The position numbers and the translations under genes were made by a program. The notes under the pieces were generated by a model, which was not told the origin of the DNA, searched no databases, and was given only the letters and a program-made list of their open reading frames with translations. Positions 26,569 through 35,699 of a DNA stretch of 64,000 nt are shown here, in pieces. The stretch comes from Thermodiscus sp. (GTDB lineage Archaea > Thermoproteota > Thermoprotei_A > Sulfolobales > Acidilobaceae), in assembly GCA_015521175.1 (NCBI GenBank), contig WAOR01000009.1:4764-68763 (forward strand), in the 5' to 3' direction. Each line of letters opens with the position of its first letter. The first letter of the stretch is position 1.

Positions 26569-27084
26569 TTGAGCCTGAGACCCCGCAGTAGCCTCTGGTA
26601 CGACGGCCCCGACAACCTCCCGCACCGTGTCTACCTAAGAGCGATAGGCTTCACCGAGGAAGACTTCAAGAAACCTCTCATAGCCGTAGTCGCTGCTTGG
26701 AGCGAGGCAGGGCCCTGCAACTTCCACACCCTCCAGCTGAGCCTCGCCGTGAAGGAGGGGGTGAGGGCGGCCGGCGGCAAGCCCCTCACCGTACCAACAA
26801 TCGTCGTTAATGACGGCATAAACATGGGCACGCCCGGCATGAGGTATAGCCTAATCAGCAGGGAGCTCATAGCCGACACCGTTGAAGCCCAGGTAAACAG
26901 TCACGGCTTCGACGCCTGGGTCGGAATCAGTGGTTGCGATAAGACCCAGCCCGGCATTATCATGGCTACGGTCCGTTTGAACATGCCTAGGCAAATATAT
27001 CAGGACAATCCCCGGCATCACGGGCAAGCCGACCGCTCTAGACCCATACGGCGCCATACCCGAGGGCACGCCGGAGAACGCTGA
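26569..27084 (+). pseudogene. ilvD: Truncated dihydroxy-acid dehydratase (IlvD/Edd family) remnant, N-terminal ~137 aa only
   Basis: Residues 1-137 align well with the IlvD N-terminus (..[17 protein letters not shown].., [48 protein letters not shown]). Similarity then stops and the frame runs into a basic nonsense tail. Full-length IlvD is about 550 aa. Confidence 0.7.
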
Positions 27085-27118
27085 GAGGATAAGGGGCTGG
27101 AAGAAGAGAAATTATGAG

Positions 27119-27748
27119 ATGCTATGGTACGTCTTCTTCCTAGGCAACTTCATAACAGTACTGATCTTCATAATGATAAGCTACAGCCTCCTCTACAAGG
27201 CCGGGATAACCGCCTCCATGAGCCTAGGCCAGATCAAGGGGCACATACTTCAGCTTACAGCAGATGCGATAGCCAAGAGCACGCCCCTAGGAAAGGTCGG
27301 AGGAGACCTATACCTACTAAGCGTGTGGCTAATCCTATTCAACACCCAAGTCGCACTAATGGAGGGACTAGTGAGACAGGCCGCGGACACGCTCTACATA
27401 ACTTACGAGGGCGTCAGGAAGTTCGTGAAACAGGATATCAGGAAGTGGTATGCCTACTGGTGGATCGGAATAATAATCGTGGAGTTCATACTAGTAGCCG
27501 CCGCAGTCCTAGCTGGAGTAAGCTATGGAGACCTAGTAGTATTCGGGGCAGTCATGAGCCTCCTCACAATGTTCTTATCGCCAGCATTCCTACTCTACCT
27601 TAACACTAAGCTAATCAAGCAGTTGCCCAAGGAGATCTACGAGGCGATAAAGCCCCACCCAGTGATAATACTGCTACTAGCCATAGCCGTGATATTCTAC
27701 GCCTTCTTCTTTGGCATAGCTGTAGTAGCCAGGCTAGGAGTAATATAG
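27119..27748 (+). CDS. Polytopic membrane protein, possibly the C-terminal part of a disrupted transporter
   Basis: 209 aa, 5-6 hydrophobic helices. Its frame is open, without a start codon, back to 26981, immediately after the point where ilvD similarity ends. Confidence 0.5.
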   Translation: MLWYVFFLGNFITVLIFIMISYSLLYKAGITASMSLGQIKGHILQLTADAIAKSTPLGKVGGDLYLLSVWLILFNTQVALMEGLVRQAADTLYITYEGVRKFVKQDIRKWYAYWWIGIIIVEFILVAAAVLAGVSYGDLVVFGAVMSLLTMFLSPAFLLYLNTKLIKQLPKEIYEAIKPHPVIILLLAIAVIFYAFFFGIAVVARLGVI

Positions 27749-27758
27749 TAAAATATTC

Positions 27759-28523
27759 CTAGTAAATAAGATCTACACCTATTTTTCCCAGTTTCGAGAG
27801 CCAGTCGAGGAACCTCCCGGCCTTCTCACCCTGGAATATCGCCCCATGCTGAGGAGCCACGGCTTCCAGCTCTAGGCCCCTCACCCGGGAGAGCCACGCG
27901 TCCAACGCCTTCTTACAGCAGAGATACCTCTTGTGGAACCCTTCTATGTAGGCCAGGTGCTTCTCGAAGTCTTCCACGAATAGGTACCACTCGTTTTCAG
28001 GAAATACTGCGGCCCCGATGTCTCCAGAGAAGAGGACCTTAGTTTCTGGGTCGTATAGTGTGAAGTTGCCGGGCGAGTGCAGGAAGTGGGCTGGTATCGC
28101 TTGGAGGCTTACTCCTCCCAAGTCGATATTCATGCCTTCATCGGGTATCTCTACAATGTCCAGGTTCGCGATAGCCCCTAGGTGTGGAAGGAACCTCGAC
28201 CATAAGGCTGATACGTATATCTTAGCGTTGGGGAAAAAGTCTAGTAGCAGGTTTAGCGATCCCACGACATCAGGGTCCTGGTGGCTGTAGAATATTCCCT
28301 TCACATTAGCTGGATCGACTATCTCGCTTACTGCTTGGAGGACTCGTTGGAATACGAAGTAGCCTCCCGGGTCTAATAGCATTGCTTCCCCATTGTGGAT
28401 TACTAGGTACTGGTTTGCGAGTATACCCTTCTCCATGTCGGCTTCATCAAGGCCTAGCCAGATGAACCTGTGATCACCCTCACCTGCTACGGTGAGGGGC
28501 CTGTGGAGCTTCCTAGACACCAT
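27759..28523 (-). CDS. Metallo-beta-lactamase-fold protein resembling the di-iron N-terminal domain of flavodiiron proteins / ODP
   Basis: 254 aa. Motif FYSHQDPDVVGS at the position of the MBL HxHxDH block, plus later His/Asp positions (HFLHSPG, FSGDIG). No flavodoxin domain. Confidence 0.65.
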   Translation of the reverse strand: MVSRKLHRPLTVAGEGDHRFIWLGLDEADMEKGILANQYLVIHNGEAMLLDPGGYFVFQRVLQAVSEIVDPANVKGIFYSHQDPDVVGSLNLLLDFFPNAKIYVSALWSRFLPHLGAIANLDIVEIPDEGMNIDLGGVSLQAIPAHFLHSPGNFTLYDPETKVLFSGDIGAAVFPENEWYLFVEDFEKHLAYIEGFHKRYLCCKKALDAWLSRVRGLELEAVAPQHGAIFQGEKAGRFLDWLSKLGKIGVDLIY

Positions 28524-28525
28524 TA

Positions 28526-29272
28526 CTATTTCACCTCTAGGGTCGGGGTAATGCTCCCATAAATTTTAACTTTGTAATAACCTTCAAGATTATTAAGTTT
28601 AGTAGTGTCTCCTAAGACCTCCTCTCCCTCAACAATCGAGTATACTCCCACAAGCTCACCGTTGATGAAGAGTAGCCGGAAGCTCCCGTTACCACTTCCA
28701 GACACGTATATCATCTTATAATTCTTGAAGACTCCGAGATTGTGGAGGTCTTCTATAAACTTGTTGAATTCTCCCCTCCTTATAACAACGTCCATAGTCT
28801 TGACAAGCATTGACTTCATTAGTAGCCTTGTAATCCATGATAGGTCCGCTAGCATTCTAGAATAATCCTCCTTAACCTCTACCTCTACCTTCTCGACATG
28901 GCTAGCGTGTTCAACCGCGAACCTTGCTATTGATAGTGCTAGATCTTTGACCCTAGGCCACACAACCCACTTCCTTGGCCCAGAATAATCGGCGAATACT
29001 TGGATAATTCTGGGATAGATCTTAAATAGGATTATTATGGTGCTTTTTTCTCCTTTAAAAGTTAGTTTTACCTCGTCTTCCTCGAGTTGCTCTGAGTTTA
29101 TTTCATAGTCGTCTTGGAAGCGGAATAGTAAGCGCCGGAACAAGAGCCTTATCTTCTTTCCGGAGAGGCCTACTACGAAGGGTATTCCTGGTAGTAGATC
29201 GTCTGGGCTCGTTAGTACATATACTAAGTTCTTTATACTTGATTCATGGCGTATTTCTCCGACTTTCTTCAA
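28526..29272 (-). CDS. Hypothetical protein (C-terminal region faintly DUF4388-like)
   Basis: 248 aa, lower GC than its surroundings, 2 nt upstream of the MBL-fold gene. No motif I recognise with confidence. Confidence 0.5.
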   Translation of the reverse strand: MKKVGEIRHESSIKNLVYVLTSPDDLLPGIPFVVGLSGKKIRLLFRRLLFRFQDDYEINSEQLEEDEVKLTFKGEKSTIIILFKIYPRIIQVFADYSGPRKWVVWPRVKDLALSIARFAVEHASHVEKVEVEVKEDYSRMLADLSWITRLLMKSMLVKTMDVVIRRGEFNKFIEDLHNLGVFKNYKMIYVSGSGNGSFRLLFINGELVGVYSIVEGEEVLGDTTKLNNLEGYYKVKIYGSITPTLEVK

Positions 29273-29448
29273 GGCTACATTACACCGAGCAAGGCCGCCT
29301 ACAAACCGGTATTTATTCTTTGAAGATTTGTTTTAAAAGATGTTTTTAGCTAATAGTTTATTCTTATATAATCTTTTTATATTTTAGAAGGTATACCTAA
29401 AATTTTAAATTATAATGAAAATAAAATTTTAATTTTTATACATGCATT

Positions 29449-31038
29449 TTAAAACCACTCCCTAATCTTACCTGAGAGGAGAATACTCACAGCCAAGGTA
29501 ACAGCCAGCAGTATACTAGCAGAAGCAGACGCCACGGGAAGTAGCCGGCCCGCCGAGTAGAGACTGTAGGTGAGCACTCCAAGACTCCACGTTGAAGGCT
29601 CCGTTATGACAAGTGTTGCCCCAAACTCTCCCAGGCTCGCCGCCGCGGCTAGGAGAGTAGCGCTGGTGACACCAGGCTTTGCAAGTGCCAGCAAGTGCCT
29701 GGCGAGCTCGTGACCTTGTAGTCGGAGCTGGGCCAGGAATTGCATCGCTTCCCTCGTGACCCTTGATAGCGCTTGGTCCACGGCTCTGCTGGCGAGTGGT
29801 AACGCTGCCGAGGTGTGGGCTAGGACTACTAGGAGAATTGTGGTGAGGGTTCCTCCTGCTAGTAGTGATAGGGGCCTGTAGAGTACTAGGTATAGGGCTA
29901 GCCCCACTGTTACGGGGCTGAATAGGAGGGGCGCTAAGCCAGCTAGCCTCTGCTCTACTCCCCTGCTGAGAGCTATTGGGAGGCTTAGCAGGACCGCTAG
30001 GACTACTGTCAGGACCGCGTAGACTAGACTATTGGCCAGGGCCCTTGTGAAGCTTGCCCCGGGCGGTAGTGGTAGATTCCCGTGTATGAGCCTCTCATAG
30101 GCCTGCAGTGTGAAGCCGTGTGGACCCGAGATGCTCTCTAGGAACACTCCTAGTATTGGAAGGTAGAGGTATACGAGGACTACAAGGGAGTAAGCGTCTA
30201 AGACAATGACGGCAAGTGATCTTCTCCGTCGCACCAGTGAGGGTCCCTCAAGTGGGGCCCGAGGCCTGGACTCGCTAGCCCGTAGTATAGCGAAGAGTAG
30301 TATTGAGAGGAGGCCTGCCTGGGCAAGGCTTAGTGCGGCGGCTACCCGGGTGTACTCGGGGAACCCGGAGAAGATTGTGTAGATCCATGCCTCGAGAGTA
30401 TAGTAGCGGTAGGCGGCGCCTTCAACCATTAGGGGGGCGGCGAGGCCTATAAAGGAGTAGGTGAACGCTAGTAGCCATGCTGAGGCTAGGCCCGGTAGGG
30501 CGGCGGGGATTAGGAGGTTTCTCCACAGCCTTGCTCCCCGGAGTCCTATGGTTTCAACGTATTCTACTAGCTCTCCTAGTATCCCGGCTACAGAGCTGTA
30601 GGCTAGTACTGCGGCTAGAGGGATGTTGTAGTAGCTGTGCACTACTATTATGCCTGTGGGTGCCTTGGCCAGGCCCGCTAGACCTGTTACCATGGAGAGC
30701 CACCGGAATCCTAGTATTACCGCGACGCTCGGGGCCATGAATACTGGGAGGCCGAGGACCCTGTAGGACCGGGCTATCCTGGACCCGTAGTAGGCGGCGG
30801 CTACGCCTATCGGGGCCCCGATTACTGCGGCGATGGTGGCGGAGGCTAGGGCCTGGAGGGTTGTCCATTCCAGTATCCAGGGGAGGTTTATTCTGTGGAG
30901 AATCCCAGCCTTGGCCCCGGGCAGGTATAGTGTTAGGAGGATTGGGGGTGTAATGTAGGAGAGTACTACTATTATTGTTAAGGCCTTGAGCCATGCTGGT
31001 AGTTTCCTGTAGAGTAGTGGATACTCGGGCGGCCTCAA
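29449..31038 (-). CDS. thiP: ABC transporter permease, fused two-domain type (ThiP/FbpB-like)
   Basis: 529 aa, about 12 TM, duplicated permease domains as in thiamine/iron(III) importers. Immediately downstream of a TbpA-like binding protein. Confidence 0.7.
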   Translation of the reverse strand: MRPPEYPLLYRKLPAWLKALTIIVVLSYITPPILLTLYLPGAKAGILHRINLPWILEWTTLQALASATIAAVIGAPIGVAAAYYGSRIARSYRVLGLPVFMAPSVAVILGFRWLSMVTGLAGLAKAPTGIIVVHSYYNIPLAAVLAYSSVAGILGELVEYVETIGLRGARLWRNLLIPAALPGLASAWLLAFTYSFIGLAAPLMVEGAAYRYYTLEAWIYTIFSGFPEYTRVAAALSLAQAGLLSILLFAILRASESRPRAPLEGPSLVRRRRSLAVIVLDAYSLVVLVYLYLPILGVFLESISGPHGFTLQAYERLIHGNLPLPPGASFTRALANSLVYAVLTVVLAVLLSLPIALSRGVEQRLAGLAPLLFSPVTVGLALYLVLYRPLSLLAGGTLTTILLVVLAHTSAALPLASRAVDQALSRVTREAMQFLAQLRLQGHELARHLLALAKPGVTSATLLAAAASLGEFGATLVITEPSTWSLGVLTYSLYSAGRLLPVASASASILLAVTLAVSILLSGKIREWF

Positions 31039-31060
31039 TCCACAGCTCCACGCCCGGGTT

Positions 31061-32197
31061 TTACTTTGAGGCCATTAACTGTGTCCATGTTAGTAGCCAG
31101 TTCTCGTAGTTCTTGCTAATCTCGTCCGGGGTGTAGAGGTTGTTTACTATTATCTCGGCGTCTTTGAGTGTGAGGGCGTACTTGTAGTAGCTAGGTAGCT
31201 GGACCTTGCTATTGGCTGGTAGCATCCACTGGTTGCTGGGTATTAGTGACTGGATCTCGGGGGAGAGGAGCCAGTCGACGAACTTCTCCGCGAGCTTGGT
31301 GCCTGGCTGTCCCTTTACTACTAGGGCTCCCTCTACTTGGAGCCATGCGGTGGGCTTTCCATTGTAGTAGATCAGGGTCGCCTTGAGGGTTGGCTCGCCC
31401 TTGTTCTCCCAAGCGCTGTAGGCGGGGTCGGTGCCGTAGCTTACTACTATCGCTCTGGTGCTCCCCTTTCTTAGGAACTCGTCGTAGGCTTTGCCCCAGC
31501 TGGGAGCTACGTAGATGTAGTTCCTGGTCTTCTCCCACCAGGTTGTCCAGTTCTTCCCTTCGAGTTTCTCAGATACTCCTATCTCCCAGAAGAGGAAGGC
31601 TAGGCCTGGGCTACTCTTGGTGGGGTCCTCGACTATTAGCCTGCTGGCTATGCTGGGTTTTGAGAGGTCTTCCAGTGTTGGCTTAGCTAGTATGCTAGTT
31701 ATGTTTGCTGGTAGCCTAGAGGGGTCGTATACTATTGCTATTAGGCCGTAGTCTATTGGTGTTACGCACTTCTCCGGATCTAGGGCTTTGGCCACGTCTT
31801 CTGGCACGGTCTTCTCGGCGACTGGGCTGTAGTAGCACTGGATTATCCCGGCTTTCCTCGCCTCGTGTATGAGGAGGTTGTCCACTCCTATGATAAGGTC
31901 GGCCGTCCTCGCCCCCCTCTTGTACTCGTTTATCGCTGCTAGGAGGGCTGTTCTGGCGTCGTCGAATGTTCTCACCTTGACCTTTACGTGGTATTTCTGG
32001 CCGAAGGCGTCGAATACCTTTGCCCACGTCTGGTTGGGGTGCTCGCCCCAGGCCATGAAGTCGCTGTACACGTAGATTACTAACTCTTTACTCGAGCCTC
32101 CCCTGCCCGCGTAGAGGTAGTAGGCGAATCCCCCGATTATTATGAGTATGACTATGAATCCTAGTATTGAGAGTGCTGTCTTGTTCACTGCTTCCAC
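31061..32197 (-). CDS. thiB: Thiamine-binding periplasmic-type protein (TbpA/ThiB-like), membrane-anchored
   Basis: 378 aa. Blocks match E. coli TbpA from memory: DPTKSSPGLAFLFW (cf DPRTSTPGLGLLLW), SWGKAYDEFLRKGSTRAIVVSYGTDPAY (cf [26 protein letters not shown]), IPSNQWMLPA (cf IPTGNWMYPV). Confidence 0.75.
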   Translation of the reverse strand: MEAVNKTALSILGFIVILIIIGGFAYYLYAGRGGSSKELVIYVYSDFMAWGEHPNQTWAKVFDAFGQKYHVKVKVRTFDDARTALLAAINEYKRGARTADLIIGVDNLLIHEARKAGIIQCYYSPVAEKTVPEDVAKALDPEKCVTPIDYGLIAIVYDPSRLPANITSILAKPTLEDLSKPSIASRLIVEDPTKSSPGLAFLFWEIGVSEKLEGKNWTTWWEKTRNYIYVAPSWGKAYDEFLRKGSTRAIVVSYGTDPAYSAWENKGEPTLKATLIYYNGKPTAWLQVEGALVVKGQPGTKLAEKFVDWLLSPEIQSLIPSNQWMLPANSKVQLPSYYKYALTLKDAEIIVNNLYTPDEISKNYENWLLTWTQLMASK

Positions 32198-32259
32198 CGG
32201 TGTGTCGGGGGTCCCTCAACGGGGTAGTAAAATCGTTTATCATTGTATTGATAACGGGG

Positions 32260-34149
32260 TTATCTTAGGCTCGGGGTTGCCAGGTCTTTCAGGTTGCTCG
32301 GGAGTATCTCTTCGAGGCCTAGGCGTAGCAGGGTATAGCTCGTAGGGATACCCCTCGGGTTCCAGCCCCTGGAGGCGTAGTACTCCCTCCTCATAGTGTT
32401 GAAGGCCTCCCTGTCGATGACCTGGCCCTTGCTTGGACCGTCGCTTATCGGCTCAGTGTAGAGCCTCTCTGGGAGAGTGTCGTCTCTCTCCGGGTCTAGG
32501 CCTAGCCAGAGGTTGACAAGCCTCTCGAGCGTGATCGTTCTCTCACCGGCTTCGAGCAGGTCTCCGGGAGCGTGGTCTATGCCTGTGACTGCTTTCCAGA
32601 ATGGGGCGACGTTCTCGGGGTGTAGTGTGTAGCGGGAGAACTTGCATATCCCCGTGTTGTCATAGAAGGCCATTAGGTCTTCGCCAGCCTTCACGAGGAG
32701 GGCCTTACCCTCGTAGGAGAGCCTGTCAACTCCGCTGAACCGCCAGAGGCTTCCGGGTAGCTCAAAGGCGTAGGCCCCGCTCGTCAGGTGGTCAGCGCCC
32801 CTGCTCGCCACCGCGTATCCGAGAGCCATGCCGCGGAGCCCCCTGGCATCGTAGGCCGGGGGCTCTAGGCCCTTTACGTGCAGCGCTAGGTCGCCGCCTC
32901 TTCCCCCGAGGCGCTCCACCGCCGCTCTTACACCGTCCGCTAGCAGGCTTCCGAGGGTCCCTCTCCTGTGGGCCATGTCCACGATTAAGCGCCGTATCGC
33001 CTCGTAGTCGCCCCAGCCTGGAGTCCCCACAATTATGCCCTTCTCACCAGCGTGGATTGCCCATGCTATCGTTGCTCCCAGGCTGATGGTATCGAAGCCG
33101 AGCTCGTCCGCCAGCCTGTTAAGCGATGCTATCTCTCGTATGTTGCAGATTCCTATGTTAGTGCCAAGAGCGTACACAGTCTCATACTCCGGCCCGTCGA
33201 CTCGTCCCTCCCCCGTCTCCAGGACTTGCGAGCACGGCCTCCCACAGCCCGTGCAGGGGTTCCTCGAGACTCGGTGCTTGGGGGCGAACCTGGAGAGCTC
33301 GGCGTGGGCTTTCTCGGGGTCTGGGCACCAGGAGAGGGTGCTTCTCTTCCAGTTCAGGCTGGGGAGCACGCCGTGCTTCTTGTTGGTGTAGTCCATGATT
33401 ATGGGGGTCCCGTATTCTACGAGGGCTTTGCTCGCAGGGTGCTCCCGTGTCTCCCTGTTCAGCCTCCTCGCTATCTCCCTGGCTTCCCCGGGCTTGGCTG
33501 GCCTGAGGGTCCCCCGTCCCTTCACGAGTATGGCTTTCAGGTTCTTAGACCCCATTACTGCTCCGAGCCCTGTTCGCCCCGCTTGCCTGCCGTTCGTATC
33601 TATCATGGCGATCCTGGACTTGTTCTCGCCTGCGGGGCCTATGATTGCGTCTGCGTAGCCCTTGTACTCCTCCTGCAAGCGCCTCCGGGCCTCCCCTATT
33701 GTTAAGCCCCACAGGCTTCCAGCAGGCTCAACCCTAACGCCTTCATCGTCTACTATGAGGACTCCGGGCTCTTCCAGGCCGCCAGCTATGACTAGGTAGT
33801 CGTAACCCGCCTTCCTCAGCTCCCATCCGATCCTCCCACCGGTCATAGCCCTGCCTAGGAGGCCCGTCTGCGGGCTCCTCGCTACGAACGCCGTCTTGCT
33901 CGCCGTGGAGAGGGGGCTACCTACTAGTCCTCCAGGCGAGATAACCAGGGGATTACCAGGGTCCAGGGGGCTGGGAGGGTCCCTCGAGCCCGCGTGTAGG
34001 GTCCATAATAGGACTCCGAGGCCCCTCCCGCCGAGGAGGAGCTGGTAGTACTCTTGGGGGACCCTCTCCTCCCGGGCCCTTGCTCCCCCACCATCTAGTT
34101 CTACTACTAGGCCCTTTCCATGGAACCAGGCCACGGGGACCGCCTCCAC
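32260..34149 (-). CDS. aor: Aldehyde:ferredoxin oxidoreductase family (tungstopterin enzyme)
   Basis: 629 aa. AOR-family N-terminal domain and the Fe-S/pterin region (..SRNPCTGCGRPCSQV.., DGPEYETVYALGTNIG, ..GICKFS..). Confidence 0.9.
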   Translation of the reverse strand: MEAVPVAWFHGKGLVVELDGGGARAREERVPQEYYQLLLGGRGLGVLLWTLHAGSRDPPSPLDPGNPLVISPGGLVGSPLSTASKTAFVARSPQTGLLGRAMTGGRIGWELRKAGYDYLVIAGGLEEPGVLIVDDEGVRVEPAGSLWGLTIGEARRRLQEEYKGYADAIIGPAGENKSRIAMIDTNGRQAGRTGLGAVMGSKNLKAILVKGRGTLRPAKPGEAREIARRLNRETREHPASKALVEYGTPIIMDYTNKKHGVLPSLNWKRSTLSWCPDPEKAHAELSRFAPKHRVSRNPCTGCGRPCSQVLETGEGRVDGPEYETVYALGTNIGICNIREIASLNRLADELGFDTISLGATIAWAIHAGEKGIIVGTPGWGDYEAIRRLIVDMAHRRGTLGSLLADGVRAAVERLGGRGGDLALHVKGLEPPAYDARGLRGMALGYAVASRGADHLTSGAYAFELPGSLWRFSGVDRLSYEGKALLVKAGEDLMAFYDNTGICKFSRYTLHPENVAPFWKAVTGIDHAPGDLLEAGERTITLERLVNLWLGLDPERDDTLPERLYTEPISDGPSKGQVIDREAFNTMRREYYASRGWNPRGIPTSYTLLRLGLEEILPSNLKDLATPSLR

Positions 34150-34220
34150 GGTTAACTATCATAGTGCTCTGCCTCCATATTATTACGCCCTGAGGGTCCC
34201 CCACCTCTGTCGGAGGCGTA

Positions 34221-35204
34221 GTGTTGCGGGGGCCCTGTGTAGAGGTTAGAGGAGTCTCTAAGAGGTTCGACGGAGTAGAGGTTCTCCGAGGAGTCTCACT
34301 CGAGGCAGAGCCCGGCAGGGTTACAGTGGTCGCCGGTCCTAGCGGGGCTGGGAAGACTACTCTACTCCGCATTATTGCCGGCCTGCTGGATCCCGACGAG
34401 GGCGACGTCGTATTCGACGATAGGAGCGTCTTGGGGGTCCCTCCATGGGAGAGAAGGGCGGTACTCCTAAGCCAGAGGCCGGTGCTCCTACCGCACCTCA
34501 CCGTTAGGAGGAATATCATAGTAGCCGGGGAGTCCCAGGGCCTGTCTAGGAGCGAGGCTGAGAGGCTGGCTGATAGGCTAGCCAGGAGGCTGGAGATCGC
34601 CGAGGTGCTCGACAGGCTTCCCTCAACGCTCAGCGGCGGGCAGTTGCAGAGGGCCAGCCTCGCCGCCGTGCTAGCGGCTGGCCCGCGGGTGCTTCTCCTG
34701 GACGAGCCTTTCGCCCACCTAGACCTTCCCCTCAGGGAGGGCCTCCGCAGGCTCGTGGTTGAGGTAACCAGGGAAGAGGGTATAACGACTATCCAGGTCA
34801 CTCATGACCAGGACGAGGCCCTCGAAATAGCTGACAAGCTAGCAGTGCTCATGGACGGGCGGGTTCTAGGAGCAGGGGACCCCTACAGCCTCTACTACAA
34901 TCCCCCAAGCCTGGAAGTAGCCCTATTCTTCGGCCACAACGTTGCATGCGGTCCCCCATTCACTAGTAGAGGAATCCCTGTGAGCTTCCCCCCGGAAGCA
35001 GTATACCTTAGAGACGGCGACATCACTGGGGAAGTAGTCTACACCGCAATGCGAAAACACTACACACTAGTACACATTAGGATCAAGGGCTGGACTATTA
35101 GGAGCGTTCTAAGGGGCGTCACAAGGCTCTCACAAGAGGAAATCAACCTACATGTAGACGAGTCCCTAATTAAAGAGTGGCGCGGACTCCCCTGCCCAGA
35201 ATAA
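34221..35204 (+). CDS. ABC transporter ATP-binding protein with C-terminal TOBE-like domain (ThiQ/FbpC-like)
   Basis: 327 aa. Walker A GPSGAGKTT, signature LSGGQLQRASLAAVL, Walker B LLLDEPFAHLD, H-loop VTHDQ. Probably the ATPase partner of thiB/thiP. Confidence 0.85.
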   Translation: MLRGPCVEVRGVSKRFDGVEVLRGVSLEAEPGRVTVVAGPSGAGKTTLLRIIAGLLDPDEGDVVFDDRSVLGVPPWERRAVLLSQRPVLLPHLTVRRNIIVAGESQGLSRSEAERLADRLARRLEIAEVLDRLPSTLSGGQLQRASLAAVLAAGPRVLLLDEPFAHLDLPLREGLRRLVVEVTREEGITTIQVTHDQDEALEIADKLAVLMDGRVLGAGDPYSLYYNPPSLEVALFFGHNVACGPPFTSRGIPVSFPPEAVYLRDGDITGEVVYTAMRKHYTLVHIRIKGWTIRSVLRGVTRLSQEEINLHVDESLIKEWRGLPCPE

Positions 35205-35243
35205 ATCTATAATCTATGAAAATATTAGAAATATCTTAAAAAC

Positions 35244-35699
35244 CTACCATATAACCTTTAATCCAAGCCTTTCCGCAACAAATGATAAATCCATATCACC
35301 CGTAATGATCGGTAATTTTGTTTTCTCTGCTAAAGCTATTGTTGCAGAATCAGCGATAGACAGCCGTCGATGCTTAAGGCCTGGATCTCCGGATTCAAGC
35401 AATAACTTATCGCCTATAATTTTAACTTTTGATGCTTCCAATGCTATTCTCTCATCTATAGTAATAATAGTAAAATATTTATGTATAAATTCTAATAGTT
35501 CCGCTTCACTGGCAAAAGGCAACCTGTTTTTCCTCCAATGATAGGATAGTTCATATATTATCAAATAGTGAATTATCCCCTCAATGCGCCCCATTCTAAT
35601 ATCATCGAGGACTTCTACTGCTCCTCGCGGAGCTTGTCCAGTGAGATCCGCCATTATCGCATAAGTATCTACAATTGCTGTTGAAACCTGTTGAGCCAA
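35244..35699 (-). CDS. vapC: PIN-domain toxin (VapC-like)
   Basis: 151 aa. Acidic PIN residues in IVDTYA, IYELSY, SIADSATIA and ITGDMD. Directly downstream of, and overlapping, an AbrB-type antitoxin gene. Confidence 0.75.
   Translation of the reverse strand: MAQQVSTAIVDTYAIMADLTGQAPRGAVEVLDDIRMGRIEGIIHYLIIYELSYHWRKNRLPFASEAELLEFIHKYFTIITIDERIALEASKVKIIGDKLLLESGDPGLKHRRLSIADSATIALAEKTKLPIITGDMDLSFVAERLGLKVIW

Noticed and set aside
29273-29448. AT-rich 176-nt spacer as a possible replication origin
   Set aside because: No ORB or mini-ORB repeats with G-strings and no adjacent cdc6/orc1 gene. It is more simply the promoter region of the 28526..29272 operon.
33953-34801. 282-aa ORF on the minus strand spanning the aor start and the ABC ATPase gene
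   Set aside because: It is antisense to a well-supported ABC ATPase and overlaps aor. Its composition is Ser/Thr/Pro/Arg-rich, typical of shadow frames in GC-rich coding DNA. The same reasoning applies to 369..905, 6472..7038, 12700..13134, 30554..31051, 42933..43376, 44667..45113, 54496..54792, 63440..63910 and the other short listed ORFs nested in or antisense to the called genes.
31061-35204. Idea that the ABC transporter flanking aor is a tungstate (Wtp/Tup) importer
   Set aside because: The binding protein matches thiamine-binding TbpA blocks closely and does not resemble WtpA, ModA or TupA as I recall them. The permease is the fused 12-TM ThiP/FbpB type.
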